Assembly (NCBI GenBank): GCA_965262915.1
Contig: OZ253564.1
Location: 2,592,001 to 2,656,000, forward strand
DNA: 64,000 nucleotides
DNA from: Candidatus Spongiisociaceae bacterium
Lineage (GTDB): Bacteria; Actinomycetota; Acidimicrobiia; Spongiisociales; Spongiisociaceae
Direction of reading: 5' to 3'
Part shown: positions 26,289-36,703 of the stretch, piece after piece
Layout of the letters: the number at the start of each line of letters is the position of its first letter
How positions within the stretch are numbered: the stretch's first letter is position 1
Made by a program: the position numbers and the translations under genes
Notes under the pieces: model-generated
Databases searched by the model: none
Told to the model about the DNA's origin: nothing
Seen by the model: the letters and a program-made list of their open reading frames with translations, nothing else

Positions 26289-28370
26289 TCAGCCGAAGGC
26301 GCCGAACCAGCGGTCGTGAACCTGGCGGTAGACGCCGCTCTCGATCAGTTCCAGCAGCACCAGGTTGATCCTCTCGCGCAGATCGGTATCCTCCTCGCCG
26401 AGCATCATCCCGTACTGGACCTTTTCGAAGAGCGGACCGACGGTGGCTACCGCGCCTGCGCCCTCACGGGCGGCATGGAAACGCAGCACCGGCGCGTCGA
26501 AAACGATGGCCTCGACATCGCCCACAGCCAGGAGGTCGTAGGCCTCGTCGATCTCCTCCACCAGCACCGGACCGACCCCGAGCGCCACCATGTAGGTCTC
26601 CCCGGTGGATCCGGATACCGCGGCCACGCGATGGCCCGGCAGATCGGCGGGGCCCGAGATTTCGCCCCGCAACTCGTTCACGGCCAGCGAGGAGGCGATC
26701 GCGGCGGTGAAACTGGCGAAGACGAGGGTTCCGAGGGCGATCCAGACCAGGGCGAACACCCGCCCCAACCCGCCCCGTGCCACCTTGTCGCCGTACCCGA
26801 CCGTGCTCATGGTCACCACCGACCAGTAGAACGAGTCCCAGATTCCCCGGCGGTAGGGTACGGCGAAGTCGGGGTTGTGATGGCGTTCCAGCCACCAGAT
26901 CAAGTGGGCGGCCACCAGGACCGCCACCCCGAATACGATCAGCAGCCACGGCAGATCGGATGAGGCGATGGCTCGGAGGAAGGCCAGGATACGATCCCCG
27001 ATACCCTCCGAGGCGTCGGTGGGCGTCATGACGGTCAGGCCCGTGTCGAGCACCGGCAACGAGAAGTCCACCACCTCCTCACGTGGTCCGGTTATAACCA
27101 CGCCTCCCAGGCCCAACCGGGCGACACCGCGGGTTATGTCGTCGATCTGCTTGGCGACGGTATCCACCGCATAGATCTCCACCTGCATGCCGAGGCGGGC
27201 CCCGATGAGGCGCACCAGCGCCACCTCGAAGCCGCTGTAGGCGCGGTTCTCGTAGATCACGAAGGGTGGGAGGGTGCGCGCCGCCACCCTGAGTACACCT
27301 CCTGCTGCCATCGCATCCGTCCGCGAGTCGTCCAATGCCATGGCGTCGGGGTCCGAGGTCTCGATCCAACGGTTGACCGCAGCCTCGTTGGCCGCCACCC
27401 ACTCCCGGGCGTGGCGCCGGATATCCCCGGGATCCCCCTCGTCCTCGACCATCAGCGCGTTCTGGGCCGAGATGTCGTCGAGAGGGATCACGACCTGCTC
27501 CAGGAGCCTGCGAACCGACGGGTTGGCTTCCAGGAAGCCGGAGTTGGCCACCGCCCGGATGTCGTTGGGGGGCCAGCCGACCTGGCACGGATCGTTCGCG
27601 CACCCGGGAATGCCGGGAATGGTGGTCTGGTCGAGGAAGGAGACCTGACCCGGAGGAAGGGATGGGAACGGTGTCTCCAACCACACCACGTCTCTGCCGG
27701 GCACCAACTCGCCGACCGTCCAGTTAGGGGTCCATGTGTAGTACAGGACGGGTGCTCCGGCGTGGTAGCGGGTGATGGTCTCGGCTATCCGGGGCGAGTA
27801 GTCCCCTTGGACCTGTTCCACTGTTGCCGACAAACCGTAGGCGCCGAGATGGTGGTCGATGATCTTGGCGCAGGCCCAGCCGGCTTCACAGCCGACCAGG
27901 TCGGCCCGGCCGTCACCGTCGACATCGAACAGGGCGGCGATACGCGGATCAGCAAGATCCCCGAGGTTGGTGATACCGTGCGCCTCGGCGGTCACCCGAT
28001 CGACGAAATAACCCTGCAAGGCTCCGTCGTCGACCTGCTTTCCGACCGGCTCCACGACGTTGGGCTCGATGAACAGGTCGTGGGAGGGGAACCAGCCGTT
28101 GGCCCACATGTCCACATCACCGCTTGCCGCGGCTCGGTAGAAATCCGGGTTGTCCATGGTGACCGGATCCTCCACGCGGTAGCCCAGGCGTTGGAGCAGG
28201 ATCCGGTACACCTCTGCCTGGAACCAGCCGGTGTCCCACGTCGCTCGGGCCATCCGCACCGTTGGTTCGTCGGCCGACCCGTCATCCGACTGGGCTGTGG
28301 TCGTCCCGCCAAGCACAAGGGCTAGAACGGTTGCCGCGAGCACGGGAACGAGGATGACAGTACGGCGCAT
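26289..28370 (-). CDS. ProX-like betaine-binding domain fused to a GluR0-type ligand-gated K+ channel (S1-M1-P-M2-S2)
   Basis: Signal peptide; ProX motifs (RATWDTGWFQ, DGDGRADLVGCEAGWAC, YTWTPNW); S1 (LRVAARTLPPFV, ITGPREEVVDFS); TM segment; K+ filter TMSTVGYGD; S2 (GSTGE, IVFDAPVL, ERINLVLLELIESGVY...RWFG). Confidence 0.88.
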   Translation of the reverse strand: MRRTVILVPVLAATVLALVLGGTTTAQSDDGSADEPTVRMARATWDTGWFQAEVYRILLQRLGYRVEDPVTMDNPDFYRAAASGDVDMWANGWFPSHDLFIEPNVVEPVGKQVDDGALQGYFVDRVTAEAHGITNLGDLADPRIAALFDVDGDGRADLVGCEAGWACAKIIDHHLGAYGLSATVEQVQGDYSPRIAETITRYHAGAPVLYYTWTPNWTVGELVPGRDVVWLETPFPSLPPGQVSFLDQTTIPGIPGCANDPCQVGWPPNDIRAVANSGFLEANPSVRRLLEQVVIPLDDISAQNALMVEDEGDPGDIRRHAREWVAANEAAVNRWIETSDPDAMALDDSRTDAMAAGGVLRVAARTLPPFVIYENRAYSGFEVALVRLIGARLGMQVEIYAVDTVAKQIDDITRGVARLGLGGVVITGPREEVVDFSLPVLDTGLTVMTPTDASEGIGDRILAFLRAIASSDLPWLLIVFGVAVLVAAHLIWWLERHHNPDFAVPYRRGIWDSFYWSVVTMSTVGYGDKVARGGLGRVFALVWIALGTLVFASFTAAIASSLAVNELRGEISGPADLPGHRVAAVSGSTGETYMVALGVGPVLVEEIDEAYDLLAVGDVEAIVFDAPVLRFHAAREGAGAVATVGPLFEKVQYGMMLGEEDTDLRERINLVLLELIESGVYRQVHDRWFGAFG

Positions 28371-28579
28371 GGTTCTATCCGTCTGGGGGCACACCGAAGG
28401 TTAGCGATAGTTGAGCAGACGTGAAACGAACTATGAAGAAAATGAATGAATGGCCGACACGGTGTCGGCTCCCGGATGTAGGATTTTGTGACCGGAGGAA
28501 CTCCGAGAATGGCCGGTGACGGCTAGAGACAGCTACAGAGAGGAGCGACAGATGGTTTGTTGCGACACAGGTTCGCGCC

Positions 28580-30346
28580 ATGGCTGACGACCAGGACCTT
28601 GACCTCACCAAGATCTCCGAGGCCTACGAGGACTGGGAAGAGGAGCAAGAACGCCGCCGCGAGGCTGCCATCCGGGATCGTGGGCACTTCGAGGGTCTTC
28701 AGGTCGATGCTGACATCGACTTCTATCCCGAGGTGGCCGACCGGGAGCCCGGTGACAGGAACATAGTCAAGTGGGGATTCGACATACATCCCCAGGTGAC
28801 TTTCTCCGCCGCCGGATTCATGGTGGTGTTCATCCTGGCCACTCTGTTGTTCCCAGATCAGGCGAGCGGGGTGTTCGGCGCCGTCCTCAACTTCATCAAC
28901 GAGAAGGTGGGCTGGCTGTACATCATCTCGTTCAACATCTTCATCGGAGCCGCGCTCTACTTCGCGTTGGGCAGGTACGGCAAGATTCGACTGGGTGGTC
29001 CAAGGGCCCTTCCGGAGTTCTCCACCGGCGCCTGGTACGCCATGTTGATCTCCGCCGGTCTCGGCATCGGGCTGATGTTCTGGGGTGTGGCAGAGCCGAT
29101 CTTCCACCTGACAGCACCGCCTCCCCTGTTCGACGTAGAACCCTTGTCGGCGGGCGCGGCCAGAGCCTCACTGGCGACCTCCTACCTACACTGGGGGATT
29201 CATGGATGGGCGCTGTACGGCCTGGTAGCCCTCGCCCTGGGATTCTTCGCCTACAACCGAGGTCTGCCACTGACCTTCCGCTCGGTGTTCTATCCGATCC
29301 TCGGGCCGAAGATCTACGGCAGATGGGGCAATGCGATCGATACTCTCACCGTGGTGGCGACCCTCTTCGGTCTCGCCACCTCACTGGGATTCGGCGCGTC
29401 ACAGGCTGCCGCGGGGCTGAACAAGGTCTTCGGTCTCCCGGATACCCTGTTGGTCCAGATAGTGCTGATCGCAGGTATTACGGGGCTGGCCACCATCTCG
29501 GTGGTCGCCGGTTTGGATGCCGGGGTCAAGAGGCTCAGCCAGCTCAACGTGTGGCTGGCCGGAACCTTCCTGGTCTTCGTGCTCCTGGTCGGTCCCACCC
29601 TGTTGGTTCTCTCGCTGTACGTGGAGAGCATCGGTGTCTATCTCCAGATACTCCCGGAGTTCTCGTTCTGGAACGCCGCCTTGGTCGACACACAGTGGCA
29701 GCAGTGGTGGACCATCTTCTACTGGGGATGGTGGATCTCCTGGTCCCCCTTCGTCGGCATGTTCATCGCCCGGATATCCAAGGGGCGCTCGGTGCGGGAG
29801 ATGATCATCGGTGTGATCGTCCTTCCCTGCCTCCTGTGCTTCCTGTGGTTCGCGGTGTTCGGGGGAGCGGCCATGGATCTCCAGATGCGTGGTGAGCTGG
29901 ACGTGGCCACTGCGGTCAACGAGAACGTGGCGACCGCCCTGTTCGTGATGCTGGAGGCCTTCCCGTGGACTTACTTCGTCTCGTTAGTCGGCATCCTGTT
30001 GCTGATCTCGTTCTTCGTCACCTCGTCGGACTCGGGATCTCTGGTGGTGGACCACCTCACCTCAGGAGGAAAGCTCGACTCACCCAAACCGCAGCGCGTT
30101 TTCTGGGCGCTGATGGAAGGCTTGGTGGCCATAGTGCTGCTGATCGGAGGCGGCCTATCGGCCCTCCAGACGGCTGCCGTGGCTACCGGACTGCCTTTCC
30201 TCTTCGTGCTCCTGATCATGCTGTGGGCCCTGAAGAAGGCCTTCGATGAAGAGCTCGACCTGTTGGAGAGCCACTACGACGAGGCCATCTTCGAAGCCCA
30301 GCACAGCGGCTTGATCGAGCGACTGGGAAGTGGAGGTGAAAAGTGA
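28580..30346 (+). CDS. BCCT family transporter (betaine/carnitine/choline)
   Basis: AMLISAGLGIGLMFWGVAEP, HWGIHGWALY, WTIFYWGWWISWSPFVGMFIARISKGR, FFVTSSDSG. Confidence 0.96.
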   Translation: MADDQDLDLTKISEAYEDWEEEQERRREAAIRDRGHFEGLQVDADIDFYPEVADREPGDRNIVKWGFDIHPQVTFSAAGFMVVFILATLLFPDQASGVFGAVLNFINEKVGWLYIISFNIFIGAALYFALGRYGKIRLGGPRALPEFSTGAWYAMLISAGLGIGLMFWGVAEPIFHLTAPPPLFDVEPLSAGAARASLATSYLHWGIHGWALYGLVALALGFFAYNRGLPLTFRSVFYPILGPKIYGRWGNAIDTLTVVATLFGLATSLGFGASQAAAGLNKVFGLPDTLLVQIVLIAGITGLATISVVAGLDAGVKRLSQLNVWLAGTFLVFVLLVGPTLLVLSLYVESIGVYLQILPEFSFWNAALVDTQWQQWWTIFYWGWWISWSPFVGMFIARISKGRSVREMIIGVIVLPCLLCFLWFAVFGGAAMDLQMRGELDVATAVNENVATALFVMLEAFPWTYFVSLVGILLLISFFVTSSDSGSLVVDHLTSGGKLDSPKPQRVFWALMEGLVAIVLLIGGGLSALQTAAVATGLPFLFVLLIMLWALKKAFDEELDLLESHYDEAIFEAQHSGLIERLGSGGEK

Positions 30347-31281
30347 TCAAGAGATCAAGCACACTGATCGCCGCTGTCGCGGCTTTCGTGCTGGTGCTCT
30401 CGGCCTGCGGCGTCGAAGACGAAGGTGGGCCCGTGGCCATAGCCCGGGCCAACTGGGACTCCGGCTACATGCAGGCCGCCATCTATGCACAGCTGATCGA
30501 GGAACTCGGGTACGAGGTCACCGATCCCGCCGCCAGCACCCTTAGCCCCTATTCGTTCTATCCGGCGTTGGCCGCCGGCCAGTACGATCTGTGGGCCAAC
30601 GGGTGGTTCCCCCTCCACGATATCTACCTGGAAGGAGAAAACGTTACCGGCCAGGCGGTCGAACTACCCATCGAAGAGGTGGGTTGGCAAGTGGCCCAAG
30701 GGGCCACGGACGGCCTGATGATCGACAAGGCCACGGCTGACAGCTACGGCATCACCTCGATGGACGGCGTGGCTGCCAATGCCGGTCTCTTCGACGGGGG
30801 CGACGACGGCAAGGCCGATCTGATCGGATGCAACGTCGGATGGGGATGTGAAACCGCCATCAACGAACAGATCGCCAATGAGAGTTGGGGCGCCGGGGTC
30901 GAACAGATCTCCGGTGTTTACAACGACTTGGCCGAAGGCGTCGTGGCGAAGGTAGCCGCTGGTGAGCCGGCACTGTTCTACGCTTGGACACCCAACTGGA
31001 CGAACACCGTCCTGGTGGCGGGCGACAACGCGGTATGGCTGCAGTCCAACGTGAATGACATCCGGGCAGTAGCCAACAGTGACTTCCTGGATGCAAACCC
31101 GGATATCCGCCTTCTCCTCGAGGAGGTGGTCATTCCGTTGGGTGACATCGCAGCGCAAAACGCCAAGATGGCAGCCGGAGACTACACCGAGGCTGACGTC
31201 GAAGCTGACGCCCAAGCATGGATTGCCAGTAATCGGGACAAGGTCGACAGCTGGCTGGCAACAGCGCGAGCCGCCGGCTGA
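30343..31281 (+). CDS. ProX-like glycine betaine/proline substrate-binding lipoprotein
   Basis: GTG start overlaps the BCCT stop; lipobox LSAC; RANWDSGYMQ, DLWANGWFPLH, GCNVGWGC, YAWTPNW. Confidence 0.88.
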   Translation: MIKRSSTLIAAVAAFVLVLSACGVEDEGGPVAIARANWDSGYMQAAIYAQLIEELGYEVTDPAASTLSPYSFYPALAAGQYDLWANGWFPLHDIYLEGENVTGQAVELPIEEVGWQVAQGATDGLMIDKATADSYGITSMDGVAANAGLFDGGDDGKADLIGCNVGWGCETAINEQIANESWGAGVEQISGVYNDLAEGVVAKVAAGEPALFYAWTPNWTNTVLVAGDNAVWLQSNVNDIRAVANSDFLDANPDIRLLLEEVVIPLGDIAAQNAKMAAGDYTEADVEADAQAWIASNRDKVDSWLATARAAG

Positions 31282-31316
31282 TAGGTCGAGAACCGAGACA
31301 GCAAACAGCGAAAAAG

Positions 31317-31356
31317 AAGACCCGGCTCCTCATCGATTCATGAGGAGCCGGGTCTT
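31317..31356. terminator. Intrinsic terminator, probably bidirectional
   Basis: Perfect 17-bp stem AAGACCCGGCTCCTCAT / ATGAGGAGCCGGGTCTT between convergent genes, with an A-run on the left. Confidence 0.8.
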
Positions 31357-31377
31357 TGCGTGGCTGGGCGAACCTTG

Positions 31378-32076
31378 CTATCGCCGCCGCCACCGGATCG
31401 CCATGAGGTGAGGGATGTCCCGGTGCTTCGCGAGGATCGGATCCCTGGTGGCCGCGCCCGACCCGACGCCCTGCTCCCGCATCTCCTCCAGTATCCATCC
31501 CGCCGCGGCGGCTTCGGTCAGCAGCGTTCCGATCGGCCGATGGATGAACTCGACGGTCCGATCTCCGGCTGGATCACGGGTCTGCCCCTCAGTCAAATAG
31601 CTGCCGAATCTCCAGAACAGTTCACCGTCGGTCGGGTCGAGTACAGGTCCCGATTCCGGTGCCGTGTAGACCGGGTGGTTGATCACCGCCGCCAGAAATC
31701 CGCCCGGACGGGTCACCCGCGAAGTCTCCGCGAAGAAGAGTCGGGAGTCACCCAGGTGTTCGAGGGTCAGAACTATGTAGGCGCCGTCCACCGCCGCATC
31801 CCGCACGCACGCCATGTCCGGTAGATGGTTGATGAGGACAGGATGGCTGCGGGCGGCGATCCGGGCGAGATCGATGTTGAGGTCGACTCCGATAACACGC
31901 GCTCCCCTGGCGGCTACCAGATCCTGGATCCGGCCGTCGCCGCATCCGAGGTCGAGCAAGACCTGACCACCCACCGGCCCTAACACCTCCAGGAAGAGGG
32001 GTACCACCTCCTCCTCGTAGGCCGGATCGTCGGCCTCCACCAGCCACCATTCGGTCAGTTCGTTCCAGTCGCCCAT
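31378..32076 (-). CDS. Class I SAM-dependent methyltransferase
   Basis: LLDLGCGDG, IGVD, RVTRPGG, INHP; the start could be 32103. Confidence 0.88.
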   Translation of the reverse strand: MGDWNELTEWWLVEADDPAYEEEVVPLFLEVLGPVGGQVLLDLGCGDGRIQDLVAARGARVIGVDLNIDLARIAARSHPVLINHLPDMACVRDAAVDGAYIVLTLEHLGDSRLFFAETSRVTRPGGFLAAVINHPVYTAPESGPVLDPTDGELFWRFGSYLTEGQTRDPAGDRTVEFIHRPIGTLLTEAAAAGWILEEMREQGVGSGAATRDPILAKHRDIPHLMAIRWRRR

Positions 32077-32124
32077 CGGTCGATCAGGAGCGGGTCGCCA
32101 CACCCGCTCCTGGGGGCCCCAGGA

Positions 32125-32673
32125 TCATGCTCCGGTCACCCAACTCTCCACCATCCGGTGCTGCGCCCCCGTCTGGGGCGTTGGCTTGTAGCCGCCCTTG
32201 CGATCGCCCCGACGGCGAAGCGTGCGGAGCAGATCGATCACCTCATCCGGCGAGGCGTAGCCGTGTCTCCGGAGCCAGCAGCCCACCACCGTACCGGTCC
32301 GCCCGCTTCCGCCCCAGCAATGCACGTAGACGTTGCACCCATGAGCGAGGTGGCGGTCGATCACGTCGAGGGTGGTAACCATCTCGGTCTCGGTCGTCAC
32401 TCCGTTGTCCTCTATCTGGCGGCGTACCACGACCGCGTGACGATCGGTCGCGCGGATGTCGTAGCGGTCCATGTGTGCGTCGGTTCCGCCCGGATAGTCC
32501 TGGGTCAGGTTGACGAACACGTTGATGTCGGCGTCCAGCAACTGGCCCGCCTTGTCGTTCCACGGAGCAGGGTTGGGATAGGCGCCCGCCGCCAAGCGTT
32601 CGGGAATCACCCAGTAGGACCGATCGGTCGGGCCGCTCTCCGCGCTGCGCGCCAACGCGAGGTCCATGAACAT
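32125..32673 (-). CDS. Protein-tyrosine/dual-specificity phosphatase family protein
   Basis: CX5R motif VHCWGGSGRTG; SYWVIPERLAAGAYP. Confidence 0.9.
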   Translation of the reverse strand: MFMDLALARSAESGPTDRSYWVIPERLAAGAYPNPAPWNDKAGQLLDADINVFVNLTQDYPGGTDAHMDRYDIRATDRHAVVVRRQIEDNGVTTETEMVTTLDVIDRHLAHGCNVYVHCWGGSGRTGTVVGCWLRRHGYASPDEVIDLLRTLRRRGDRKGGYKPTPQTGAQHRMVESWVTGA

Positions 32674-32717
32674 CGTCCTCTGCCTCCATTCCGGCTGCCG
32701 GTACGTTGCCAGGCTAG

Positions 32718-33746
32718 ATGAGTAGTTCCAAGGGGTGTGGGTGGATAATCCACCGTTTTGGGGGTGGGGGTGTCCAGAATCCGGGGTGAAAAAACTTCCC
32801 CGATCCCGGAGGACCTGGTATGAACCCGGACCTGGACACCCTCGCTACCACAGTATATGTGACGGTTGATGATCTGTTGATCCAGCATCCCGAGTGGGTG
32901 CCCCAGCGACCCGCGGTGGGGATCGCTCCCAAGCTGTCCGACGCCGAGTTGGTCACCCTGGCGGTGATCCAGTCGCTGCTCAGATACACTTCCGAGGCCC
33001 GTTTCTTGCGCTACGCGCACGCCCATCTCAAACCATGGTTCCCGTATCTGCCTACCCGATCCGCCTACAACAGGCGGCTACGCCGCCTCGGCCTCACGAT
33101 GCAACACATCATCGCCTGGCTGGCCCGGGACTGCCCGTCGTGGCATGACGACCTGTGGTTGGTGGACTCCACGCCCGTCGAGTGCGGACGCAGCCGCACA
33201 ACCCAACAACGCTCTGACCTGGGGGGATGGGCCGAATACGGCTACTGCGCCTCCCACTCCCGCTACTTCTGGGGGCTGCGCTTCCACCTGGTGGCCACCC
33301 CATCGGGACTGCCGATAGCCTTCGCGTTGGCGCCGGCCAAAGCGGACGAACGCGACATCGCCACAGAAATGATCGCCCACGCCCGCCTAGCCCGAGCGGG
33401 CCAAACTCTCATGGCGGACAAAGGATACCGAAGCGCCAGCTTCGAGGAAGACCTCAACGAGGCCCACATGACCCTCATCCGCCCCGCCACAAAAACAGAA
33501 GCGCCCAGAAGCGGCCAGCGGTTCCTCCGACCCTTCCGCCACATCATCGAATCGATCTTCCAAACCTTCAAGGGCCAACTCGATCTCGAACGTCACGGCG
33601 GACGCACCAAACCGGGTGTTGTGGCACGTGTCCTCCAACCGATACTCGCCCTCACCACCGTCATCTGGCACAACGAAACCACCTAACGACCAGGCCCAGC
33701 ACGCTCCCTCATCGCATATGACCACTAAAACCTTGGAACTAACCAT
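32718..33746 (+). mobile_element. IS982-family-like insertion sequence
   Basis: TIRs ATGAGTAGTTCCAAGG / CCTTGGAACTAACCAT; CTAG on both flanks (32714-32717, 33747-33750). Confidence 0.85.
32820..33728 (+). pseudogene. IS982-family DDE transposase with a premature TAA at 33684-33686
   Basis: LSDAELVTLAV, VDSTPVEC, YGYCASHSRYFWG, ADKGY, IESIFQTFKGQL. The frame continues past the TAA as RPGPARSLIAYDH*, the usual C-terminus. Confidence 0.85.
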
Positions 33747-36563
33747 CTAGAGGACATCGCGGAGGAACTTGCCGGTGTAGGACTGCGGAACCTGCGCCAC
33801 CTGTTCGGGTGTTCCGATCGCGACTATGCGGCCTCCCTCGTCACCGCCTTCGGGTCCCATGTCGATGATCCAGTCGGCCGAGCGCACCACGTCGAGGTTG
33901 TGCTCGATGATGACCACGGTGTTGCCGCCGTCGACCAGGCGATGGAGGACCTCCAAGAGCTTGCGGGTGTCCTCGAAGTGGAGGCCGGTGGTGGGTTCGT
34001 CGAGGATGTACAGCGTGTTGCCCGTGGATCGTTTTCCCAGTTCGGATGAGAGTTTGACCCGCTGCGCCTCGCCGCCGGAGAGGGTGGGGGCCGGCTGGCC
34101 GAGGCGGATGTACCCGAGTCCCACGTCGTAGATGGTCTGGAGGATGCGGGCAATGGGCGGCTGCGCCTCGAAGAAGACCAAGGCCTCCGCAACGGACATG
34201 TCGAGTATGTCGGCGATCGATCGTCCCTTCCATCGCACCTCGAGCGTATCCCGGTTGTAGCGACGACCTTCGCATACTTCGCAGGGGACGTAGACATCGG
34301 GAAGGAAGTGCATCTCGATCTTGATGTTCCCGTCGCCCTTGCAGGCTTCGCAGCGGCCGCCGCGGACATTGAAGGAGAAGCGCCCCGGTAGGTAACCGCG
34401 GGCTCTGGACTCCGGAGTGGAGGCGAACAGCTTCCTGATCCGGTCGAACAGCTTCGTGTATGTGGCGGCATTCGACCGGGGAGTCCGACCGATCGGCGAC
34501 TGGTCGATATTGATCACCTTGTCCAGGTGCTCGGCGCCTTCGATACGGCGGTGATGCCCCGGGACCGCCCGCGAGCGGTACAGCCTGTGGTGGAGGGCCT
34601 TCGACAGGATCTCCTGCACCAGGGACGACTTGCCGCTCCCCGACACCCCGGTGACCGCGATGAACATGCCCAGCGGGAACTCGACATCGATCTGGCAGAG
34701 GTTGTTCGCGGCTGCGCCCACCACGGTCATTATGCGGCCGTCTCCCGGCCGGCGCCGGTCCGGTGTAGGGATCCTGCGGCGGCCGGCCAGGTAGTCGCCG
34801 GTGAAGGAGGTGGGTTCGGCGATGATCTCGGCAACACCTCCTTCCGCCACCACATGACCGCCTTGCTCGCCCGCCCCCGGTCCGAGATCCACGATGTAGT
34901 CCGCGGTACGGATGGTCTCCTCGTCGTGCTCGACCACGATCAGGGTGTTACCCAGATCCCGGAGGCGGAGCAGGGTCTCGAGGAGGCGGCGGTTGTCCCT
35001 CTGGTGCAGGCCGATCGACGGCTCGTCGAGCACGTACAGCACCCCGACCAGGCCCGAGCCGATCTGGGTGGCCAGACGGATTCGCTGGGCCTCTCCCCCC
35101 GACAGGGTGGCCGCTCCCCTGTACAGGGTCAGGTACTCGAGGCCCACATCGAGGAGGAACTGCAGCCGGGCCCGGATCTCCTTGAGCACCGGCGCCGCGA
35201 TCGTGGCATCCCGCCGGCCCATCTCAAGGGTGTCCAGGCTGTCGAGCGTGCCCCGGATGGAACGGCTGCACAACTCGAAGATGTTGAACTCCCCGACGGT
35301 CACCGACAGCGATACCGGATTCAGCCGCGCTCCCCCGCAGGTCGGGCACGGGATCTCCCGCATGTACTCCTCGTAGTAGCGCCGGGCCGATTCCGACTCG
35401 GTCTGGTCGTGGCGACGGCGCAGGACCCGGATCACCCCCTCGTAGGTCGCTTGGTACTGCCGCCTCCTGCCGAAACGGTTGGTGAACGACACCTGGATGG
35501 ACAGGTCCCCGGTCCCGTACAGCACCGCCCGGCGATGGTCCTCGGCCAGAGTGAAGAACGGTGCGTTCACATCGAAGCCGAGCTCGTTCGCCAGCCCTGC
35601 CAACAGGTGGTGGAAGTAACGGTTCCGGTTGCTCGACCAGGGGGCGACCGCGCCGGCGGCTATCGAGAGCTCGTCGTCGGGGATCACCAGCAGCGGATCG
35701 ACCTCGAACGTGGTGCCGATTCCCGAGCACGCCTTGCACGCTCCGTAGGGGCTGTTGAACGAGAAGGAGCGCGGCTCCAGCTCATCGAACGAGAGGCCGC
35801 ATTCGTTGCATGCCAGGTGCTGGCTGAAGGTCAGCTCGGGACCATCGATGATGTCCACCACCGCGATACCGCCGGTGAGGCCCAGTGCGGTCTCGAGCGA
35901 CTCGGTGAGCCGGCGGATGCCACCCCTACCGGCGACCAAGCGATCGACCACCACCTCGATGGTGTGGGTGTAGTAACGGTCGAGACGTATGCGGTCTGCC
36001 AGGTACATGATCTCGCCGTCCACCCTGGCCCGGCTGAAACCCTGGCGCGAGAGGTCCCGGAACAGTTCCTCGTACTCGCCCTTGCGTCCCCGGATCAGGG
36101 GAGCCAGCACCTGGAACCGGGTCCCCTCCTCCAACTCGGCGATCTGGTCGACGATCTGCTGGGGTGTCTGGCGCGCCACCATCCGCCCGCATTCGGGGCA
36201 GTGGGGCCGGCCGATGCGGGCGTAGAGCAGGCGCAGGTAGTCGTGGATCTCGGTGATGGTGCCGACTGTGGAGCGGGGGTTGCGGCTGGCCGTCTTCTGA
36301 TCGATGGAGATGGCGGGCGACAGCCCTTCGATGAAGTCCACATCGGGCTTGTGCATCTGGCCGAGAAACTGGCGGGCGTAGGCCGACAGGCTCTCCACGT
36401 ACCGGCGTTGCCCCTCCGCGTATATGGTGTCGAATGCGAGGCTGGACTTCCCGGAGCCGGACAGTCCGGTGAACACGATCAACCGGTCACGCGGGAGCTC
36501 GATGGAAATGTCCGCCAGGTTGTGCTCGCGCGCTCCGCGAACGGCCAGCTTGTCTCTCGTCAT
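33747..36563 (-). CDS. uvrA: Excinuclease ABC subunit A
   Basis: GAREHNL, two Walker A motifs ([18 protein letters not shown]), LSGGEAQR x2, Zn fingers. Confidence 0.98.
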   Translation of the reverse strand: MTRDKLAVRGAREHNLADISIELPRDRLIVFTGLSGSGKSSLAFDTIYAEGQRRYVESLSAYARQFLGQMHKPDVDFIEGLSPAISIDQKTASRNPRSTVGTITEIHDYLRLLYARIGRPHCPECGRMVARQTPQQIVDQIAELEEGTRFQVLAPLIRGRKGEYEELFRDLSRQGFSRARVDGEIMYLADRIRLDRYYTHTIEVVVDRLVAGRGGIRRLTESLETALGLTGGIAVVDIIDGPELTFSQHLACNECGLSFDELEPRSFSFNSPYGACKACSGIGTTFEVDPLLVIPDDELSIAAGAVAPWSSNRNRYFHHLLAGLANELGFDVNAPFFTLAEDHRRAVLYGTGDLSIQVSFTNRFGRRRQYQATYEGVIRVLRRRHDQTESESARRYYEEYMREIPCPTCGGARLNPVSLSVTVGEFNIFELCSRSIRGTLDSLDTLEMGRRDATIAAPVLKEIRARLQFLLDVGLEYLTLYRGAATLSGGEAQRIRLATQIGSGLVGVLYVLDEPSIGLHQRDNRRLLETLLRLRDLGNTLIVVEHDEETIRTADYIVDLGPGAGEQGGHVVAEGGVAEIIAEPTSFTGDYLAGRRRIPTPDRRRPGDGRIMTVVGAAANNLCQIDVEFPLGMFIAVTGVSGSGKSSLVQEILSKALHHRLYRSRAVPGHHRRIEGAEHLDKVINIDQSPIGRTPRSNAATYTKLFDRIRKLFASTPESRARGYLPGRFSFNVRGGRCEACKGDGNIKIEMHFLPDVYVPCEVCEGRRYNRDTLEVRWKGRSIADILDMSVAEALVFFEAQPPIARILQTIYDVGLGYIRLGQPAPTLSGGEAQRVKLSSELGKRSTGNTLYILDEPTTGLHFEDTRKLLEVLHRLVDGGNTVVIIEHNLDVVRSADWIIDMGPEGGDEGGRIVAIGTPEQVAQVPQSYTGKFLRDVL

Positions 36564-36703
36564 AGTGCCCGGGTGTGTTGCTGTACGGGGAAGCAGGGGT
36601 GGTGGCACCATGGTAGTGGCGGTCGGCAGTTGCCAGTAGCCCGGTCACCCCGAGTCCCGACTTGCGGAAGCCGGATACGGGCTACCTGTACCATCGCCTG
36701 CTC

